This document shows, one piece after another, positions 59,895 to 64,000 of a stretch of DNA of 64,000 nucleotides. The translations under genes and the position numbers were made by a program. Origin of the DNA: Nitrospira sp. (GTDB taxonomy: Bacteria; Nitrospirota; Nitrospiria; Nitrospirales; Nitrospiraceae); NCBI GenBank assembly GCA_047150005.1, contig AP038806.1:1888001-1952000 (forward strand), read 5' to 3'. The notes below the pieces were generated by a model. The model made no database searches. It worked only from the letters and a program-made list of their open reading frames with translations, and had not been told where the DNA came from. Positions within the stretch are counted from its first letter, which is position 1, and the number at the start of each line of letters is the position of its first letter.

Positions 59895-62363
59895 ATGACC
59901 GCCAAGACCCTTACCTCCGCCATCGTCCAGACACACCCGATTCCTCCGGCGATCGCCGACGAGATCGAAACCTTTGAACAGGAAGCGAAGCGTCTGCTGT
60001 CGGGAGAGATGGTCGCCGACCTGTTTAAACCCTTTCGTTTGCAATACGGCATCTACGGGCAGCGGCAGCCCGGCGTGCAGATGGTCCGCATCAAAATCCC
60101 CTTCGGAGGGCTGACCGCGAACCAACTGCGACGCGTGGCCGAACTGGCCGAACGGTATGCCACCGGAGTGGGGCACGTCACCACCAGGCAGGACATCCAA
60201 CTCCACTTCGTGGAACTCAAAGACGTGCCGGACCTTATGCGCGGCCTGGCGGAAGTCGGGTTGACCACTCGGGAGGCCTGCGCCAATACCGTGCGCAACG
60301 TGACGGGCTGCCACCTGGCCGGCGTCTGCCAGGGCGAAGTGTTCGACATCACCCCCTACGCCAAGACGGTCGCCTATCACCTGTTGCGGAACCCGCTGAA
60401 TCAAAGCCTGCCGCGCAAATTCAAGATCGCCTTTTCAGGCTGCAAGCATGACTGCGCCCTGACGCCGATTCACGACATCGGGCTGTTGGCCGCCAAGCGG
60501 GAAGACGGCGCCATCGGGTTTCGCATGGTCGCCGGCGGAGGGCTCGGATCCGCACCTCGCATCGCCCAAGTCCTCCGTGAGTTTACGCCGATGAACGAGT
60601 TGATCCCGAGCATCGAAGCGGTCATCAAGGTCTTCGACACGCTGGGCAACCGAAAAAATCGGAACAAAGCCCGCATGAAATTCGTGATCGACAAGCTCGG
60701 ATTCGCCGAATTCAAGCGTCGCTGGGAAGATGCCTACGTGAGTATGGGGCATGCCCGCCCTGCCGACGAGTCTCTGAGGCTTCTCGAACATGAGGACAAG
60801 CCCACGCCCTTGATCATGCCGGAACCGGTGAAACCGAACGGCGTGTCGGGAAACGGTCGGGTCAACGGCGCGGTGCAGGAAACGCCGTTCGACATGTGGG
60901 AACGCACCAACGTCGTGCGTCAGAAGCAGGCCGGCTATGTGGCGGCGGTCGTCAAGTTATTTATGGGCGATTTGACGGCCGACCAGATGGTGCTTGTGGC
61001 CGATCTCGCGGAACGGTACTCGAACGGCAACATCCGCACCACGATCAATCAAAATATGATCATTCGATGGATCCCGGAACCGGCGATCAGAGCCCTGTAT
61101 GACGAACTGACATCGAAGGGGCTGGCGGATCCCGGTGCGGAATTGGTGGAGGACATCATCGCCTGCCCGGGTACCGACACCTGCGGCCTCGGCATCACGT
61201 CGTCCAAGGGGCTTGCGCGGGCGTTGGCGGAGGTGTTCCCTGCGGGGCGCGTGCCGGAGGACTTGAAAGACGTCAGCGTCAAGATCAGCGGATGCCACAA
61301 TTCGTGCGCGCAACACCACATCGCCACGATCGGGTTGCACGGGGTCGGCAAGCGCATCGGCGACCATACGGCGCCGTTCTATGAATTGCACCTTGGCGGC
61401 AAGGTGAATGGAACGGCTAAAATTGGGCAGATGACGGTAAAACTTCCAGCCAAAGCCGTGTCCGCAGCAATCACCCACCTGATCGACGTATATCGACGCG
61501 ACCGCAAGCCCGGCGAGGGGCTGCCGGCATTCATCGATCGGGTCGGCAAAAACGCCCTCAAAGACGAGTTGATCCCCTATACCATCGTCCCGGCCTTCGA
61601 CGACGACCCCACCTTTTACTATGATTGGGAGGGCGAGGAAGAATTTGTTCTGGAGGATCTTGGACCAGGCGAGTGCGCGGGCGGCGCGCTCGAGATGATC
61701 GAGAACGGGATTCTCGAAGCAGATCAAGAGCTCTATCAAGCCCGGTTGCTGATCGACAATCATCAATATTCCGTATCGGTGAACAAATCGTACCGTGCAG
61801 TCTTGGCCGCCGCCAAGGCGCTCCTGGTGACCGAAGGCCTCGAGCCGTCGACCGATGCAGAAACATTCGGTGAATTCGAACGTCGCATTGCGAGCCACGG
61901 TGTGGTGCCGGCACAATACCGCGAGCTGGGCAAGAAGGTTGGAGATCTGGGGCCGAAGGACACGACGCTGGAATCCGCCAAGGACAAGATGGCGTTTGCG
62001 AAAGGGTTCGTTGATGCCTGCCGTACGGCGACGGATCAGATGGGAAAAGACCTGAAATTGGCGCCGGTGAAGGAAGAGAAGGCTCCGACAGCCCCTGCAT
62101 CGACGAAGCCAGCTGCGCCGGTTCCGACCGGTGCACCGCTGTACGACCTGCGCGGCGTCGCCTGTCCGATGAATTACGTGAAGACGAAGCTGAAGCTGGA
62201 AATGATGGATGCCGGCGAGAAACTCGAAGTCTGGTTGGACGCCGGGGAGCCGATCAAGAACGTACCGATGAGTTTAAAGAACGACGGGCATCTCATCCAT
62301 CTCCAGGAAGCGCTGGAGCCGGAGGCGGCACATTTCCGGATCTTGGTCGAGAAAGTCGAATAG
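59895..62363 (+). CDS. Ferredoxin sulfite/nitrite reductase hemoprotein fused to HEPN-like and TusA/SirA domains
   Basis: TTRQDIQLH, LPRKFKIAFSGC, ACPGTDTC...SGCHNSC; YRAVLAAAKALL; DLRGVACPMNYVK. Confidence 0.88.
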   Translation: MTAKTLTSAIVQTHPIPPAIADEIETFEQEAKRLLSGEMVADLFKPFRLQYGIYGQRQPGVQMVRIKIPFGGLTANQLRRVAELAERYATGVGHVTTRQDIQLHFVELKDVPDLMRGLAEVGLTTREACANTVRNVTGCHLAGVCQGEVFDITPYAKTVAYHLLRNPLNQSLPRKFKIAFSGCKHDCALTPIHDIGLLAAKREDGAIGFRMVAGGGLGSAPRIAQVLREFTPMNELIPSIEAVIKVFDTLGNRKNRNKARMKFVIDKLGFAEFKRRWEDAYVSMGHARPADESLRLLEHEDKPTPLIMPEPVKPNGVSGNGRVNGAVQETPFDMWERTNVVRQKQAGYVAAVVKLFMGDLTADQMVLVADLAERYSNGNIRTTINQNMIIRWIPEPAIRALYDELTSKGLADPGAELVEDIIACPGTDTCGLGITSSKGLARALAEVFPAGRVPEDLKDVSVKISGCHNSCAQHHIATIGLHGVGKRIGDHTAPFYELHLGGKVNGTAKIGQMTVKLPAKAVSAAITHLIDVYRRDRKPGEGLPAFIDRVGKNALKDELIPYTIVPAFDDDPTFYYDWEGEEEFVLEDLGPGECAGGALEMIENGILEADQELYQARLLIDNHQYSVSVNKSYRAVLAAAKALLVTEGLEPSTDAETFGEFERRIASHGVVPAQYRELGKKVGDLGPKDTTLESAKDKMAFAKGFVDACRTATDQMGKDLKLAPVKEEKAPTAPASTKPAAPVPTGAPLYDLRGVACPMNYVKTKLKLEMMDAGEKLEVWLDAGEPIKNVPMSLKNDGHLIHLQEALEPEAAHFRILVEKVE

Positions 62364-62381
62364 GCCGCGGGCGAGCATCGC

Positions 62382-63089
62382 ATGACGCAGGTATCGGCTG
62401 AAGACATACAAGTATGGGGCGACTCGTTCGCGTCGAAGACGCCGCAGGACGTGTTGACTGCCGCGATCAAACGCTATGCACCGAAGATCGTCCTGGCCTG
62501 TAGCTTCGGCGCGGAGGACGTCGTGTTGGTCGACATGGTTCATCGGATCAATCCGTCGGTGCCGTTGTTTTATCTCGACACGGATTTTCTGTTTCCCGAA
62601 ACCTACGCGACGAGGGATCGGCTCACCCATCGATACAACTTGAAGCCGGCGCAAGTGCTGCAAGTAAAATCGCTGTTGACGCCTGAAATCCAGGCAGAAC
62701 GGCACGGAGAAGCCTTGTGGGCCAAAGATCCCGATCAGTGCTGCAAGATCCGGAAAGTGGAGCCCTTGACCAGGGTATTGAAGGACTATGATGCGTGGAT
62801 CACCGGCATCAGGCGTGAGCAGTCTCCGACGCGCGCCAACGCCAAGTTGATCGAATGGGACAACACCTTTGGGTTGATCAAGATCAACCCGTTGGCGAAA
62901 TGGACCTGGGCCGATGTCTGGGCCTACATCAAAGTCTACGAAGTGCCGTACAACGAATTGCACGATCGCAACTATCCCAGCATCGGCTGCACGCACTGTA
63001 CGAAGCCGGTGATGCCCGGGGAAGATCCTCGATCCGGCCGATGGCAGGGGCGCGAGAAAACGGAGTGCGGGCTCCATAAGGCCTCCTGA
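62382..63089 (+). CDS. cysH: APS/PAPS reductase (Fe-S, APS-type motifs)
   Basis: SFGAED, LDTDFLF, QCCKIRK, SIGCTHCT, ECGLH. Confidence 0.94.
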   Translation: MTQVSAEDIQVWGDSFASKTPQDVLTAAIKRYAPKIVLACSFGAEDVVLVDMVHRINPSVPLFYLDTDFLFPETYATRDRLTHRYNLKPAQVLQVKSLLTPEIQAERHGEALWAKDPDQCCKIRKVEPLTRVLKDYDAWITGIRREQSPTRANAKLIEWDNTFGLIKINPLAKWTWADVWAYIKVYEVPYNELHDRNYPSIGCTHCTKPVMPGEDPRSGRWQGREKTECGLHKAS

Positions 63090-64000
63090 TGTCGATGCAC
63101 GAGATCATCGCGAAAATCGCCAAGGGGCAGAAAGCCTCCAAAGACCTCACGTGGGACGAGGCCAAGCGGGCCATGAAAGCGCTTATAGAGGGACAGGCCA
63201 CTCCCGTACAGGTCGGTGCGTTTCTGGTTGCGATGCGCGTGAAAATGGAGTCGGTCACCGAGCTCGCGGCGTTCACCGCGACCGCTCGTTCATATGTGGC
63301 GCCGGTCCCGGTGCCACAAGAACTCGGCGTGGTGGACCTGCCGAGTTACGCCGGCAAACAGGATACGTTTCATGCGCTTGCCGGGGCGGCGATCGTGGCG
63401 GCGGCGGCTGGGGCGGCTGTACTCATGCACGGATACGACGGGGTACCAGGCCGGCCGGGCCAAGCGGGTGTCCTGGAGGCCTTGGGCGTGCCGATCGATC
63501 TGGATGCGAAAGCTGCCGGAGAGGCCGTGACGAAACAAGGGTTCGCCTACCTGGATATCGGTCTCTACCATCCTCCGCTCTATCGATTTCTTGAGTTGCG
63601 GCGGGAACTCGGCGTGCGAAACGTGTTTCATCCGGTTGCACGATTGCTCAACCCGGCCCGTAGTCGTTCTCAGGTGATCGGACTAACCCACCCGCCCTAT
63701 TTCGAGAAGACCGCGGAGGCGCTTCGGATGTTGGGCGCACCGAGGGCACTCGTGATCCGGGGGGTCGAAGGTGACCCGGAATTGTCGATTGCGATGGTGA
63801 CCAAGGTCTTGGAGCTGCGTGACGATCGGATCACTCCTCTGACCCTCGCGCCGAAAGATGTGGGGTTGAGTCTCGGAACATCGCGCGATATGGGAGGGTT
63901 CCCACCTGAGCAGCGGGACAAGGAGGGACTGCTCCTCCGCCGAATCCTGCACAATCAGGTACAGGGAGGCGCTCGCGATTGGGTGCTGTACAACGCCGCG
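63089..64000 (+). CDS. YbiB/TrpD2-like protein (anthranilate phosphoribosyltransferase fold); runs off window end
   Basis: Own translation MSMHEIIAKIAKGQKASKDLTWDEAK...QVGAFLVAMRVKMES...DLPSYAGK...LRRELGVRN...THPPY; TGATG overlap with cysH. Confidence 0.8.
   Translation, partial: MSMHEIIAKIAKGQKASKDLTWDEAKRAMKALIEGQATPVQVGAFLVAMRVKMESVTELAAFTATARSYVAPVPVPQELGVVDLPSYAGKQDTFHALAGAAIVAAAAGAAVLMHGYDGVPGRPGQAGVLEALGVPIDLDAKAAGEAVTKQGFAYLDIGLYHPPLYRFLELRRELGVRNVFHPVARLLNPARSRSQVIGLTHPPYFEKTAEALRMLGAPRALVIRGVEGDPELSIAMVTKVLELRDDRITPLTLAPKDVGLSLGTSRDMGGFPPEQRDKEGLLLRRILHNQVQGGARDWVLYNAA

Overview
Mostly conserved core chromosome of a high-GC bacterium, most likely Nitrospira/Nitrospirota (inferred from gene content and a Nitrospira-type chlorite dismutase). 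Core blocks: rpmH-rnpA-yidD-yidC-mnmE-mnmG-rsmG-parA-parB with two perfect parS sites; two bactofilins, mnmA and an F1-only ATP synthase cluster; an Anbu/transglutaminase/alpha-E/ATP-grasp locus; a metal ABC transporter, anmK and cpoB; fmt-rsmB-rpe plus an archaeal-type pheST; tRNA-Val-thrS-infC-rpmI-rplT; and an Rrf2-sulfite reductase-cysH-ybiB-like cluster. Two accessory elements stand out. (1) A ~7.3 kb element integrated in tRNA-fMet (40677-47954). It carries a tyrosine integrase, an excisionase-like HTH, a Rep_trans initiator with a nick-site hairpin and arm-type repeats. Its cargo is a putative reactive-chlorine defence module: ECF sigma, zinc anti-sigma, exported chlorite dismutase, and a GlxA-type regulator with a monooxygenase. 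(2) An integrase-less integron cassette array (21846-24252) with three attC sites, bracketed by a 227-bp duplication of the transglutaminase 3' end. Both of its toxin genes carry in-frame amber stops. All family assignments come from reading motifs; no database searches were run.
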